Shown: piece after piece, positions 52,251-61,933 of the stretch
Layout: each line of letters starts with the position of its first letter
Position numbering within the stretch: the stretch's first letter is position 1
From: Bacteroidaceae bacterium
Lineage (GTDB): Bacteria > Bacteroidota > Bacteroidia > Bacteroidales > Bacteroidaceae
DNA: 64,000 bases
NCBI GenBank assembly: GCA_024682035.1
Contig: JAIKZS010000133.1
Coordinates: 8,815-72,814 of the forward strand
Reading direction: 5' to 3'
Position numbers and translations under genes: made by a program
The notes under the pieces: generated by a model
Databases searched by the model: none
The model's input: the letters and a program-made list of their open reading frames with translations, nothing else
What the model was told of the DNA's origin: nothing

Positions 52251-53216
52251 GTCCAAGCTATCGAAAATCTGGAATAATTCCTCTTTGGTCTCTGCACGAA
52301 GCATAGCGATGCGAGTTTCACGGAAATTAGGAATGCCCTTGAACAAAGGACTTGCAGCGATATGCCTTCTTACATGCAAGATCCCCCTACGCTCATCGAG
52401 CAAATTCACACTGTCCAATACCTCTTGTCGCAGCACATCCAGGCGCCACTCAGCACTTAAGGGAGACAACAATTCTCCAGTTTGAATGTAATGCTTCACC
52501 TCCTTGAATATCCAAGGTCTGCCAAACGAAGCCCTGCCAATCATTACCGCATCTACCCCATACTTATCAAAGCATTCTTTGGCACGCTCAGGAGTAGTAA
52601 TGTCACCATTCCCAATAATAGGAATATGGATGCGAGGATTCTGCTTCACCTTACCAATCAAGGTCCAATCGGCTTCGCCTGTGTACATCTGTGCCCGGGT
52701 TCGTCCATGAATCGTTAAGGCAGCGATGCCACAATCCTGCAATTGCTCTGCCAGTTCCACGATAATCTTATTACCGTCATCCCAACCTAAGCGAGTCTTC
52801 ACCGTTACCGGCAATTTCACTGCATCTACCACAGAACGAGTAATTTCCAGCATTTTTGGAATATCTCGAAGCAACCCAGCCCCTGCACCTTTACCTGCCA
52901 CCTTCTTAACCGGACAACCAAAATTGAGGTCAATTACATCCGGACCAGCTTCTTCTACCATGCGAGCAGCCTCCACCATTGCATCGGTATTCTTGCCATA
53001 AATCTGAATCGCCACAGGCCTTTCTTCGTCGCTGATGTTCAACTTTCGCATGGTGCTATTAACAGAACGAACCAATGCATCACTTGACACAAATTCGGTA
53101 TAAACCATATCTGCGCCAAATCGCTTACACATCAACCTGAAGGCAGGATCGGTAACATCCTCCATCGGTGCCAAAAACACGGGATAATCCCCTAAGTCCA
53201 AATTTGCTATTTTCAT
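52230..53216 (-). CDS. dusB: tRNA-dihydrouridine synthase B
   Basis: LAPMEDVTD, DLNFGCP, TVKTRLGW, IHGRT, GNGDI and MIGR motifs. Confidence 0.93.
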   Translation of the reverse strand: MKIANLDLGDYPVFLAPMEDVTDPAFRLMCKRFGADMVYTEFVSSDALVRSVNSTMRKLNISDEERPVAIQIYGKNTDAMVEAARMVEEAGPDVIDLNFGCPVKKVAGKGAGAGLLRDIPKMLEITRSVVDAVKLPVTVKTRLGWDDGNKIIVELAEQLQDCGIAALTIHGRTRAQMYTGEADWTLIGKVKQNPRIHIPIIGNGDITTPERAKECFDKYGVDAVMIGRASFGRPWIFKEVKHYIQTGELLSPLSAEWRLDVLRQEVLDSVNLLDERRGILHVRRHIAASPLFKGIPNFRETRIAMLRAETKEELFQIFDSLDLTQFPE

Positions 53217-53317
53217 GTATCAACAAGAATCGATAACAGCCAAAGCATCATTGTTATCAATATTTTGCAAAGATAAAGAAAAATCACTAACTTCGCACAC
53301 TCAAATGTCACAAAGAA

Positions 53318-54592
53318 ATGAATTATAGCATCAAAGACTTTGAAATCATGGCACCTGTAGGGTCAAGAGACTCCCTGCAAGCAGCCATTCAGGCAGGCGC
53401 CAATTCGGTATATTTTGGTGTGGGACAACTCAACATGCGTTCCCACTCTGCCAACCCTTTTACCATTGCCGATTTACATGACATTGCATCCATCTGCAAT
53501 GAGCATGGCATTAAAAGTTACCTGACCGTAAATACCATAGTTTATGATGGTGACATGGAGCAAATGCACACCATTGTTGATGCTGCTAAAGAAGCAGGCA
53601 TCAGTGCCGTGATTGCAATGGATATTTCCGTGTTGACCTATGCTCGCAGTATTGGTCAGGAAGTACACCTTAGTACTCAGCTGAATATCAGCAATGTTGA
53701 AGCTTTGAAGTTTTATGCGCAATTTGCCGATGTGGTGGTACTGGCTCGTGAATTGAACCTTGAGCAGGTTGCTGAGATTCATCGCCATATTGTAGCAGAA
53801 AATATTTGTGGCCCCAGCGGGCAACAAATTCGCATTGAGATGTTCTGCCACGGTGCCCTATGCATGGCCGTTTCGGGCAAATGCTACCTCTCGCTGCAAG
53901 AAGAAAACAAATCGGCCAATCGAGGCGAATGTCGTCAAATATGCAGAAGAGGCTATATTGTGACTGATAAAGATACGGGCGACGAACTGCAAATTGACAA
54001 CAAATACATCATGTCACCCAAAGACCTGAAAACCATTCATTTCATTAATAAGATGATGGATGCCGGCGTGAGGGTGTTCAAGATAGAAGGTAGGGCAAGA
54101 GGACCTGAATATGTACGCATCGTTGCTGAGTGCTATCGTGAAGCCATAGAAAGCGTCATCGACGGCACCTATTCAGATGAAAAGATACAGGCTTGGGACG
54201 AACGCCTGAGCACTGTCTTCAATCGTGGATTCTGGAATGGCTATTACTTAGGAGAACGCTTGGGCAAGTGGACCCACACCTATGGTTCGGCTGCTACCGA
54301 ACGCAAAATATATGTGGGCAAGGGCATCAAGTATTTTAATAATATAGGTGTAGCTGAATTCCTGTGCGAAGCTGCCGAATTGAATGTAGGCGATAAAGTG
54401 CTGATAACCGGTCCTACTACAGGTGCCATATTCCTCACATTAGAAGAGGCAAGGGTGAATTTACAACCTGTTCAAACCGTACATAAGGGCGACCATTTCT
54501 CACTGAAGGTAGATAAAATACGTCCTTCCGACAAACTATTCAAGTTGGTGAGTACCCATGAAATGTTACAATTTAAAGGATTAGAACAATGA
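53318..54592 (+). CDS. U32 family protein (TrhP/RlhA-like Fe-S hydroxylase or 'collagenase')
   Basis: EIMAPVG, HLSTQ, FCHGALCMAVSGKC, NRGECRQICR and FKIEGR motifs. Confidence 0.9.
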   Translation: MNYSIKDFEIMAPVGSRDSLQAAIQAGANSVYFGVGQLNMRSHSANPFTIADLHDIASICNEHGIKSYLTVNTIVYDGDMEQMHTIVDAAKEAGISAVIAMDISVLTYARSIGQEVHLSTQLNISNVEALKFYAQFADVVVLARELNLEQVAEIHRHIVAENICGPSGQQIRIEMFCHGALCMAVSGKCYLSLQEENKSANRGECRQICRRGYIVTDKDTGDELQIDNKYIMSPKDLKTIHFINKMMDAGVRVFKIEGRARGPEYVRIVAECYREAIESVIDGTYSDEKIQAWDERLSTVFNRGFWNGYYLGERLGKWTHTYGSAATERKIYVGKGIKYFNNIGVAEFLCEAAELNVGDKVLITGPTTGAIFLTLEEARVNLQPVQTVHKGDHFSLKVDKIRPSDKLFKLVSTHEMLQFKGLEQ

Positions 54593-54990
54593 GCAATTAT
54601 ATTTACGAGCTGGAAATGAAGGTACGAGACTATGAGTGCGACCTGCAAGGCATTGTCAACAATGCCAACTACCAGCATTATTTAGAGCATACCCGTCATG
54701 AGTTCCTGCTTACCACAGGCGTTAGTTTCTCCGAACTTCACCAAAAAGGAATTGATGTTGTGGTATCAAAAATCACCATGTCGTTCAAAACCCCCCTTCG
54801 CAGCAACGATGAATTTATAAGCAAACTCTACCTGAAACGAGAAGGCATTCGGTTTGTATTCTACCAAGACATTTTTCGCAAGATCGACAACAAACTTTGT
54901 CTGAGAGGAGTAGTAGATGCCGTATGTGTGGAAAACGGAGTCCTGACCAGGGGTGAGATGTTTGACCAACTTTTTGCAGCATATTTATAA
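54589..54990 (+). CDS. Acyl-CoA thioesterase (YbgC/FadM hot-dog fold)
   Basis: VRDYECDLQGIVNNANY motif. Confidence 0.9.
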   Translation: MSNYIYELEMKVRDYECDLQGIVNNANYQHYLEHTRHEFLLTTGVSFSELHQKGIDVVVSKITMSFKTPLRSNDEFISKLYLKREGIRFVFYQDIFRKIDNKLCLRGVVDAVCVENGVLTRGEMFDQLFAAYL

Positions 54991-55017
54991 TATATATTTT
55001 TTATAATTTTCATAACA

Positions 55018-56130
55018 ATGACCAACGACGAAAGGATTTGTGCCATTGCCTTGACACTCTGTGAAGGCATCGGCCATATTAACGCCAAGCGTTTAATAGA
55101 TGAGATGGGCAGTGCCACTGCCGTATTTGAGAATCGCCTTCATTTACGAGAAATTATACCTGATGTCAATCAACGATTGATAGATGTTCTGGATTGCCCC
55201 GAAGCTTTCAAAAGAGCAGAAAAAGAATTGACCTTTGCTGAAAACAACCACATCACTTGTCTGACCATTAAAGATGAGGCCTATCCTTCACGTCTCAGAG
55301 AATGTGAAGATGCCCCTACCATACTTTTCTTTAAGGGTCATGCCAATTTGAATAGACTGCACATCATATCTATGGTAGGCACCCGTATGGCTACGCCCTA
55401 TGGCAAGGATTTTTGTGAAACATTCGTCAGAGACTTGGCATTTTTGTGCCCCGATGTCATGATTATCAGTGGTATGGCTTATGGCATTGACATTCATTCA
55501 CACCGTGCTGCCCTTGCCAACCACTTGCCTACTATAGGCGTATTGGCGCATGGCTTAGACAGGATTTATCCGCATAAGCATCGGAAAACAGCCATTGATA
55601 TGCTGTCAAACGGTGGTTTACTTACCGAATACCTTACTGGAACCGAACCCGACGCTTATAATTTTGTGTCGAGAAACCGTATAGTAGCAGGCATGGCCGA
55701 TGCCACCATTGTCGTTGAATCGGCCCCCAAAGGAGGATCACTTATTACTGCCTCTTTAGCCAACACTTATAACAAAGATTGCTTTGCTGTTCCAGGCAGA
55801 ATTAACGACGAATTGTCGAAAGGCTGCAATCAACTCATCAAAGAAAACAAAGCAGCTTTGATTACCAATGCAGAAGATTTTGTAAAAGCCATGAATTGGA
55901 AAACCTCTTCGGCTAAACCAGAAGCCATCCAACGCAATTTGTTTGTGGACCTGACACCCGACGAAGAATTGGTGGTGAACCTCCTGAAACAAAGAGGTGA
56001 CATGCATATAAATACGCTGACTGTAGATGCGAACATGCCTATACACAAGCTTACCACCTTGCTTTTCGGTTTAGAGATGAAAGGAGTGCTAAAAGCGTTA
56101 GTAGGTGGTGTTTATCATCTACTTACCTAA
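55018..56130 (+). CDS. dprA: DNA-processing protein DprA
   Basis: YPSRL, MVGTR, SGMAYGID, RNRIVAG, KGGSLITA and VPG motifs; C-terminal winged helix. Confidence 0.95.
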   Translation: MTNDERICAIALTLCEGIGHINAKRLIDEMGSATAVFENRLHLREIIPDVNQRLIDVLDCPEAFKRAEKELTFAENNHITCLTIKDEAYPSRLRECEDAPTILFFKGHANLNRLHIISMVGTRMATPYGKDFCETFVRDLAFLCPDVMIISGMAYGIDIHSHRAALANHLPTIGVLAHGLDRIYPHKHRKTAIDMLSNGGLLTEYLTGTEPDAYNFVSRNRIVAGMADATIVVESAPKGGSLITASLANTYNKDCFAVPGRINDELSKGCNQLIKENKAALITNAEDFVKAMNWKTSSAKPEAIQRNLFVDLTPDEELVVNLLKQRGDMHINTLTVDANMPIHKLTTLLFGLEMKGVLKALVGGVYHLLT

Positions 56131-56211
56131 CATACCTTAAATGTTTACCCGTAGCAAGTGTTTTTCTATAAAGTTTTATTACTTTTGCAGCATATAAGAT
56201 AAAAACTACCT

Positions 56212-58722
56212 ATGAAGAAGATTTTACCAGACATCATTTCCATACTAATTTTCGTAATCATATCGTTTGTATATTTCTATCCAGCCGATATGGAGGGAAG
56301 GATTCTTTTCCAGCACGACACCTCAGCAGGAGCAGCAAGTGGACAGGAGGCTAAGGAATATTACGAACGAACAGGTGAGCGCACACGATGGACCAACTCC
56401 ATGTTTGGAGGTATGCCAACCTATCAAATATCACCATCTTACAATTCAACAGATACTTTTTCGAAAGCCGAAAGAGTATATGAGCTCTGGCTACCCGAGT
56501 ATGTGCGTCTGGCCTTCATCATGTTAGTAGGTTTCTATATTCTACTGCGTGCTTTTGGTTTCTCAGCCTGGTTATCAGCTTTAGGAGGCATTCTGTGGGC
56601 CTTTTCGTCCTACTTCTTCATCCTCATTGCTGCAGGACATATATGGAAATTTGTTACCTTGGCCTACATTCCTCCAACGATAGCCGGTATGGTATGGGCC
56701 TACAGAGGCAAAATCTGGCAAGGAGGCATCGTTTTTGCCTTATTTTTAGCCTTGCAGATTCTTTCTAACCATGTGCAAATGAGCTACTATTTCTTGTTTG
56801 TCATGCTCTTTATGGTCATTGCCTTCGGCATTGAAGCCAATCGTAACCACACCCTGCCACAATTCCTGAAAGCATCAGGAGTTTTGGTTGTAGCAGGATT
56901 GATCGGTATAGCCATTAACATCAGCAACCTCTATCACACCTATACCTATAGTTTGGAAACCATGCGTGGCAAGAGCGAATTAACGCAACATTCAGCTACT
57001 GGTTCATCGGCTAACGGAGGCTTGGACAAAGAATACATTACCCAATGGAGCTATGGTGTTGGCGAAACACTCACTTTGCTGGTACCTAACTTCAAGGGAG
57101 GTGCTACCGAGGCTATTAACCTAAACAAGACGGCCATGGCCAAATCTAACCCCAGATACAATAGTCTGTATGGTTCCCTGCCCCAATACTTTGGCGACCA
57201 ACCAGGAACTGCTGGTCCGGTTTATGTAGGCGCATTTGTGCTATTCTTGTTCTTGTTGGGTTGCTTCTTCGTAAAAGGCCCCATGAAATGGGCACTTGTT
57301 GGTGCCACCATTTTCTCCATCGTACTCTCATGGGGCAAGAACTTCATGTTGCCCACCGATCTCTTCATCGACTATGTACCGATGTACAATAAATTCCGTG
57401 CTGTATCATCAATCTTAGTCATTGCCGAGTTCAGCATCCCATTGCTGGCCATGCTGGCATTGAAGAAAATCATTGAGCAACCCTCCTTGCTGAAGCCCTT
57501 CTCCACTCCTTTCTTGGTAAGTGGAATACTCACGGCCGGCATCAGTTTACTTATTTGGCTCACGCCTGGAACATTTACCGACTTCATCCCTGCTCAAGAG
57601 TCGATGATGCTGCAAAGTGCTGTTGACCAAGGTGGTATTCCTGCCAACGAATTAGCAGGCATTCTGAATAGTTTGAGTGATATGCGAGCAGCAATGGTAT
57701 CAGCCGATGCCCTTCGTTCACTGATCATTATAATGGTGGGTGTTATCATTCTCTTACTCTTCGGCATGGGTAAACTGCGTAAAGATGTGACCATAGGCGC
57801 CATAGCTTTGCTGTGTTTGGTTGACATGTGGCAAATAAACAAGCGTTACCTGTACGACGATCAATTTGTAGAACCCAACATCCGAACCACTACCTTCACC
57901 CAAACGGAAGTTGATAAGTTCATTTTGGAAGATACCGATCTCGATTATCGCGTACTGAACTTTGCTGTCAATCCATTCAATGAAAATACTACCTCTTATT
58001 GGCATAAGAATGTAGGTGGCTATCATGCAGCCAAATTGCGCAGATACAACGAACTCATTGAGTTGCGCCTCAAAACAGAAATGCAAACAGCCTTTCAAGC
58101 CATCGCAGAAGCTGGTGGCGATTTGGAAAAGGTTGACCCAGCCAAGTTCCATGCGCTCAACATGCTTAATACCAAGTATTTCATACTTCCTACCAAAGAC
58201 GGAGAGATGCCAATACAAAACCCCTACGCCTTAGGTAATGCGTGGTTTGTAAAAGAGATAAACTATGTGGCCAACGCTGATGAAGAGATGGATGTATTAG
58301 CTACCAGCAATCCACATGTTACTGCTGTTGTAGATGGCCAATTCAAATCGGCCCTGCACAATGCCACTGCCTTTGAGGTGGGCGATGATGCCACCATACA
58401 ACTTACAGCCTATGAGCCCAATAGTCTGACTTACCAGACTCACAACCCGTCTGATGGTGTAGCTGTATTCTCAGAAGTCTATTACCCCAATGGCTGGCAA
58501 GTGACTATAGACGGAGAACCTATAGAGTTGGCACGTGCCGATTATGTGTTGCGTACGCTATATGTTCCAGCAGGCAACCACACCATACAAATGACTTTCG
58601 ATCCCCAGAGTATTCACATCACCGATACCATTTCTTATATAGCAATGGCTGTATTACTTTTGGGAGGCATCGCTATTATCATCCTAAAAATCAGGAAAGA
58701 AAAACTAACAAAAAACGATTAA
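56212..58722 (+). CDS. YfhO-family polytopic membrane protein (GT-C-like)
   Basis: Many TM helices; WTNSMFGGMP, YNKFR, GGYHAAKL, FSEVYYPNGW...IDG and VPAGNH motifs. Confidence 0.82.
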   Translation: MKKILPDIISILIFVIISFVYFYPADMEGRILFQHDTSAGAASGQEAKEYYERTGERTRWTNSMFGGMPTYQISPSYNSTDTFSKAERVYELWLPEYVRLAFIMLVGFYILLRAFGFSAWLSALGGILWAFSSYFFILIAAGHIWKFVTLAYIPPTIAGMVWAYRGKIWQGGIVFALFLALQILSNHVQMSYYFLFVMLFMVIAFGIEANRNHTLPQFLKASGVLVVAGLIGIAINISNLYHTYTYSLETMRGKSELTQHSATGSSANGGLDKEYITQWSYGVGETLTLLVPNFKGGATEAINLNKTAMAKSNPRYNSLYGSLPQYFGDQPGTAGPVYVGAFVLFLFLLGCFFVKGPMKWALVGATIFSIVLSWGKNFMLPTDLFIDYVPMYNKFRAVSSILVIAEFSIPLLAMLALKKIIEQPSLLKPFSTPFLVSGILTAGISLLIWLTPGTFTDFIPAQESMMLQSAVDQGGIPANELAGILNSLSDMRAAMVSADALRSLIIIMVGVIILLLFGMGKLRKDVTIGAIALLCLVDMWQINKRYLYDDQFVEPNIRTTTFTQTEVDKFILEDTDLDYRVLNFAVNPFNENTTSYWHKNVGGYHAAKLRRYNELIELRLKTEMQTAFQAIAEAGGDLEKVDPAKFHALNMLNTKYFILPTKDGEMPIQNPYALGNAWFVKEINYVANADEEMDVLATSNPHVTAVVDGQFKSALHNATAFEVGDDATIQLTAYEPNSLTYQTHNPSDGVAVFSEVYYPNGWQVTIDGEPIELARADYVLRTLYVPAGNHTIQMTFDPQSIHITDTISYIAMAVLLLGGIAIIILKIRKEKLTKND

Positions 58723-58728
58723 GTAATT

Positions 58729-59109
58729 ATGGATAGTACTCGACAGAATAAAATTGCTCGCTTGATTCAGAAGGAGTTAAGCGATTTGTTCCAAAAACAG
58801 ACACAAGGCGTTCGTGGCGTATTGGTATCTGTTAGCGGTGTACGCATCAGTCCCGACCTAAGCGTAGCAAAAGTTTACCTCAGCATCTTCCCTTCCGATA
58901 AGTCGGAAGAATTGCTGAAAAACATCACCAGCAATATGCGTACCATACGCTATGACCTGGGCACCCGTGTGCGTCATCAATTGCGCATCATTCCTGAGTT
59001 GAAGTTCTTTGCCGACGACTCGTTGGATTATGCTGAACACATTGATCAGCTCATCAAAGAGGCAAAAGGCGATGGATATAAGTCGCCCGAAGGACCAGAA
59101 GAAAATTGA
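58729..59109 (+). CDS. rbfA: Ribosome-binding factor A
   Basis: RQNKIARLIQKEL, SPDLSVAKVY and LRIIPELKF..DDS motifs. Confidence 0.96.
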   Translation: MDSTRQNKIARLIQKELSDLFQKQTQGVRGVLVSVSGVRISPDLSVAKVYLSIFPSDKSEELLKNITSNMRTIRYDLGTRVRHQLRIIPELKFFADDSLDYAEHIDQLIKEAKGDGYKSPEGPEEN

Positions 59110-59141
59110 GTCCATACCTTTGACCCATTAACCATCCATAC

Positions 59142-60368
59142 ATGGCTATTGCGTATTATATTGCCAAGCGTTACCTCTTTTCAAAGAAAAAGCACAACGC
59201 CATTAACATCATCTCTGCCATTTCCGTGTGCGGAGTAGCCCTTGCTACCCTTGCCTTGGTGTGTACCCTGTCGGTGTTCAATGGCTTTCACGAAATGGTG
59301 GAAGGCTTGTTTACTGCCTTTGATCCACCCCTCAAAATCACGGCCTCGCAGGGCAAAACCTTCCAACAAAACGATGAGCGCATAGAGAAAGTCTTACAAA
59401 TGACTGAAATAGAGACTGCTATGCCTACCATTGAAGAGAGTGCGATGGTGCAATATAAAGACAAACAGTTAATGGTGACGATCAAAGGAGTGGATGATTC
59501 GTTTACCCAAATTACTGAAATTGACAGCATTTTGTATGGCAGACAAGCCTTTATCTTGCAAGAAGAAGGGGTAGATTACGGCATCTTAGGCATGGGGGTA
59601 GCCTCAGCATTAGGCACCGGTATTCAGTTTGTTGATCCATTGCCAGTGATAGCTCCTAAACAAAATGTGCATGTGAACATTGCCAATCCTGGAGCAGCTT
59701 TTGCCAAAGGCTATCTTTATTCGCCTGGATCTGTGTTTATGGTGAATCAAGAGAAATACGATGCACAATACATACTGACCAGTCTTTCGTTTGCTCGCCA
59801 ACTTTTTGGCTATCGGGATGAGGTGTCGGCCATGGAGATAAAATTGAAGCCTGGCAGCAATGAGCGCAGTGTGCAGACAAAAATGAAAGAGTTATTGGGC
59901 GACGATTTTCAGGTGCAGAATCGCTTTGAGCAACAGGCAGATGTGTTTCGTATCATGGAAATTGAAAAGTTCATCTCCTATCTTTTTCTGACATTCATTC
60001 TAATCATTGCCACCTTCAATGTCATAGGTTCGTTGAGCATGCTCATTGTTGATAAGCAAGAAGATGCACAGACCTTGCATAACTTAGGAGCCAGTCATCA
60101 ACTAATCGAGCGCATCTTCATGTTTGAAGGTTGGCTCATTGCAGCATACGGGGCTCTGACCGGCATTGTTTTAGGAGTGATACTTTGCCTTATCCAGCAT
60201 CATTTCGGAATCATATCTTTGGGCAACAACTTCATCGTAGAAGCCTATCCAGTAAGCGTGCATCTGCTGGATGTAGTACTTATTTTCATCACCGTCCTGG
60301 CCGTTGGTGCTATCTCCGTTATTTTCCCCGTGAAGTACATGAGCAAGCGACTGACTCAACGCTTGTAG
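59142..60368 (+). CDS. ABC transporter permease (LolC/E, FtsX-like)
   Basis: IAKRYLFSKK, LSVFNGF, periplasmic loop and three C-terminal TM helices with LGA...IF. Confidence 0.88.
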   Translation: MAIAYYIAKRYLFSKKKHNAINIISAISVCGVALATLALVCTLSVFNGFHEMVEGLFTAFDPPLKITASQGKTFQQNDERIEKVLQMTEIETAMPTIEESAMVQYKDKQLMVTIKGVDDSFTQITEIDSILYGRQAFILQEEGVDYGILGMGVASALGTGIQFVDPLPVIAPKQNVHVNIANPGAAFAKGYLYSPGSVFMVNQEKYDAQYILTSLSFARQLFGYRDEVSAMEIKLKPGSNERSVQTKMKELLGDDFQVQNRFEQQADVFRIMEIEKFISYLFLTFILIIATFNVIGSLSMLIVDKQEDAQTLHNLGASHQLIERIFMFEGWLIAAYGALTGIVLGVILCLIQHHFGIISLGNNFIVEAYPVSVHLLDVVLIFITVLAVGAISVIFPVKYMSKRLTQRL

Positions 60369-60960
60369 CCCTGATAAACAAGAGCCATTGTGCAGCATAA
60401 TACGGCACCATAATCCACCAAGAGGCATGGTCAATAGGACTCACAAATTTATTCCAAGCCAAAATAAAGTCAGATACCACAAACAAGGTGGCTCCCAAGG
60501 CAAACCATACATCTCTATGCAATAATGCAGTCCATAACATGATCAATATCAACACACAGTAAATACTCACCCCTACTCTTATTATGCCTGTAGGCGCCAT
60601 AGGCACCACATTTACAAATGCGAAAAATCCTATTATAAAGCAAGGTATAAAATAGGAAATGAGTTGCTTATAGGTAGGTTGGGTCTTGAAGGTGCTGACA
60701 AAATAGCCAATGTAGGCCATATGTCCTAAACCGAAACACCCCATTTGTCCCAGAAAGTTGCCCTGGGTACCTTCCCAATCGCCTAAGGCTGAAAACAATA
60801 AGCCCAATGCCATGCATACACCTATGTTTTTGTAGTCAACCAAGGCCATCAAGGCCAAAAATGCCACAGGATAGGTCAGCTTACTGGGCAACTGCACCGG
60901 ACTGAAATATAGCACGGAAAATGTTAAAAAGATGATACTTATGAACAATATTCTCTTCAT
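60319..60960 (-). CDS. YhhN / lysoplasmalogenase-like membrane protein
   Basis: FSALGD, GHMAY, GATLFVVSD and YYAAQ motifs. Likely start is ATG 60960, because TTG 60969 lies inside a TATCTTTG promoter motif. Confidence 0.85.
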   Translation of the reverse strand: MKRILFISIIFLTFSVLYFSPVQLPSKLTYPVAFLALMALVDYKNIGVCMALGLLFSALGDWEGTQGNFLGQMGCFGLGHMAYIGYFVSTFKTQPTYKQLISYFIPCFIIGFFAFVNVVPMAPTGIIRVGVSIYCVLILIMLWTALLHRDVWFALGATLFVVSDFILAWNKFVSPIDHASWWIMVPYYAAQWLLFIRATSVESVACSCTSRGK

Positions 60961-61036
60961 CAATAACAAAGATATTAAAATTTACCTTAATTTTGCTGCC
61001 AAATTTACAGTTTAATTTTTAAAGCGTTTAAAACAA

Positions 61037-61855
61037 ATGAAAAAATTATTGATGATGTTGATGGCAGGTTTGCTTGTTACAGCTTGCGCATCAAAGCCAA
61101 AAGCAGAACAGACAGAAGAACCAGCAAAGAAAGTTTTGGTACTTTACTATTCAGTGACCAACACCACTAAGCAGATGGCAGAGTATATTCAGCAGAAGAC
61201 TGGTGCTGATATTGAGGCCATTCAGACAGTAGATGCATATCCAACCGACTATAATGAGCTTATCAAACGCTCAAGTGCTGAGCGCGAAGGCAATGTATTG
61301 CCAGAGCTGAAACCATTTGCTCACAATGTAGCCGACTATGATGTAATTTTCTTTGGCTATCCTCTTTGGTTTGCCACCTACGCTCAGCCTTTGAAGACCG
61401 TCATTGCCAGTGGTGTGCTGAATGGCAAGACTGTGGTTCCTTTCTGTACCAGTGGTAGTAGCGGTATCAAACAGAGTGTGAACGATTTGAAGAATGCCTT
61501 GCCTACTGCTCAGATTCCTGAGTGCGTGGGTGTGCGTAGTTCATTAATGGACAAAATGCCTGCAGCTGTTGACCGTGTACTGATTAACTTAGGTTTGATG
61601 GAAGGCAAGAACGAGGTATTGGCCGACTATTCAGCTCAGCAGGCTCCCACAGCTGACGAGACAGCTATCTTCGATGCTGCTATTTCTACCTATTCTATGA
61701 TGAATGGCACCAAGGCAGTGAGCGTGGGTAGCCGTACCACTTCTAAGGGCACCGACTATAAGTTTGTAGGTGAGGCTAATGGCGCCAAGATGGATGTCTA
61801 TATCACCAAGGAGAATGGCGATGCAGCTCCCTACTTCACAGCTGTTGATAGATAA
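61037..61855 (+). CDS. Flavodoxin-domain lipoprotein with an extra C-terminal domain
   Basis: Lipobox LVTAC; LVLYYSVTNTT, YDVIFFGYPLW and VPFCTSGSSG flavodoxin motifs; about 80 additional residues at the C-terminus. Confidence 0.82.
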   Translation: MKKLLMMLMAGLLVTACASKPKAEQTEEPAKKVLVLYYSVTNTTKQMAEYIQQKTGADIEAIQTVDAYPTDYNELIKRSSAEREGNVLPELKPFAHNVADYDVIFFGYPLWFATYAQPLKTVIASGVLNGKTVVPFCTSGSSGIKQSVNDLKNALPTAQIPECVGVRSSLMDKMPAAVDRVLINLGLMEGKNEVLADYSAQQAPTADETAIFDAAISTYSMMNGTKAVSVGSRTTSKGTDYKFVGEANGAKMDVYITKENGDAAPYFTAVDR

Positions 61856-61880
61856 GATTTCATCCATTTAATGATTCTTA

Positions 61881-61917
61881 GCAGGCCCCTCTAATTCTAA
61901 GAGGGGTCTGTTTTTTT
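61881..61917 (+). terminator. Intrinsic terminator after the flavodoxin gene
   Basis: GCAGGCCCCTCT-aattcta-AGAGGGGTCTGT followed by a T run. Confidence 0.85.
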
Positions 61918-61933
61918 CTTCATACAGCATCCC

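Noticed and set aside
36151-56130. ComEA-like gene and dprA as a competence system
   Set aside because: They are unlinked, widespread genes, and no uptake pilus or comEC is in the window.
58729-59109. rbfA separated from infB
   Set aside because: This is the usual arrangement in Bacteroidetes.
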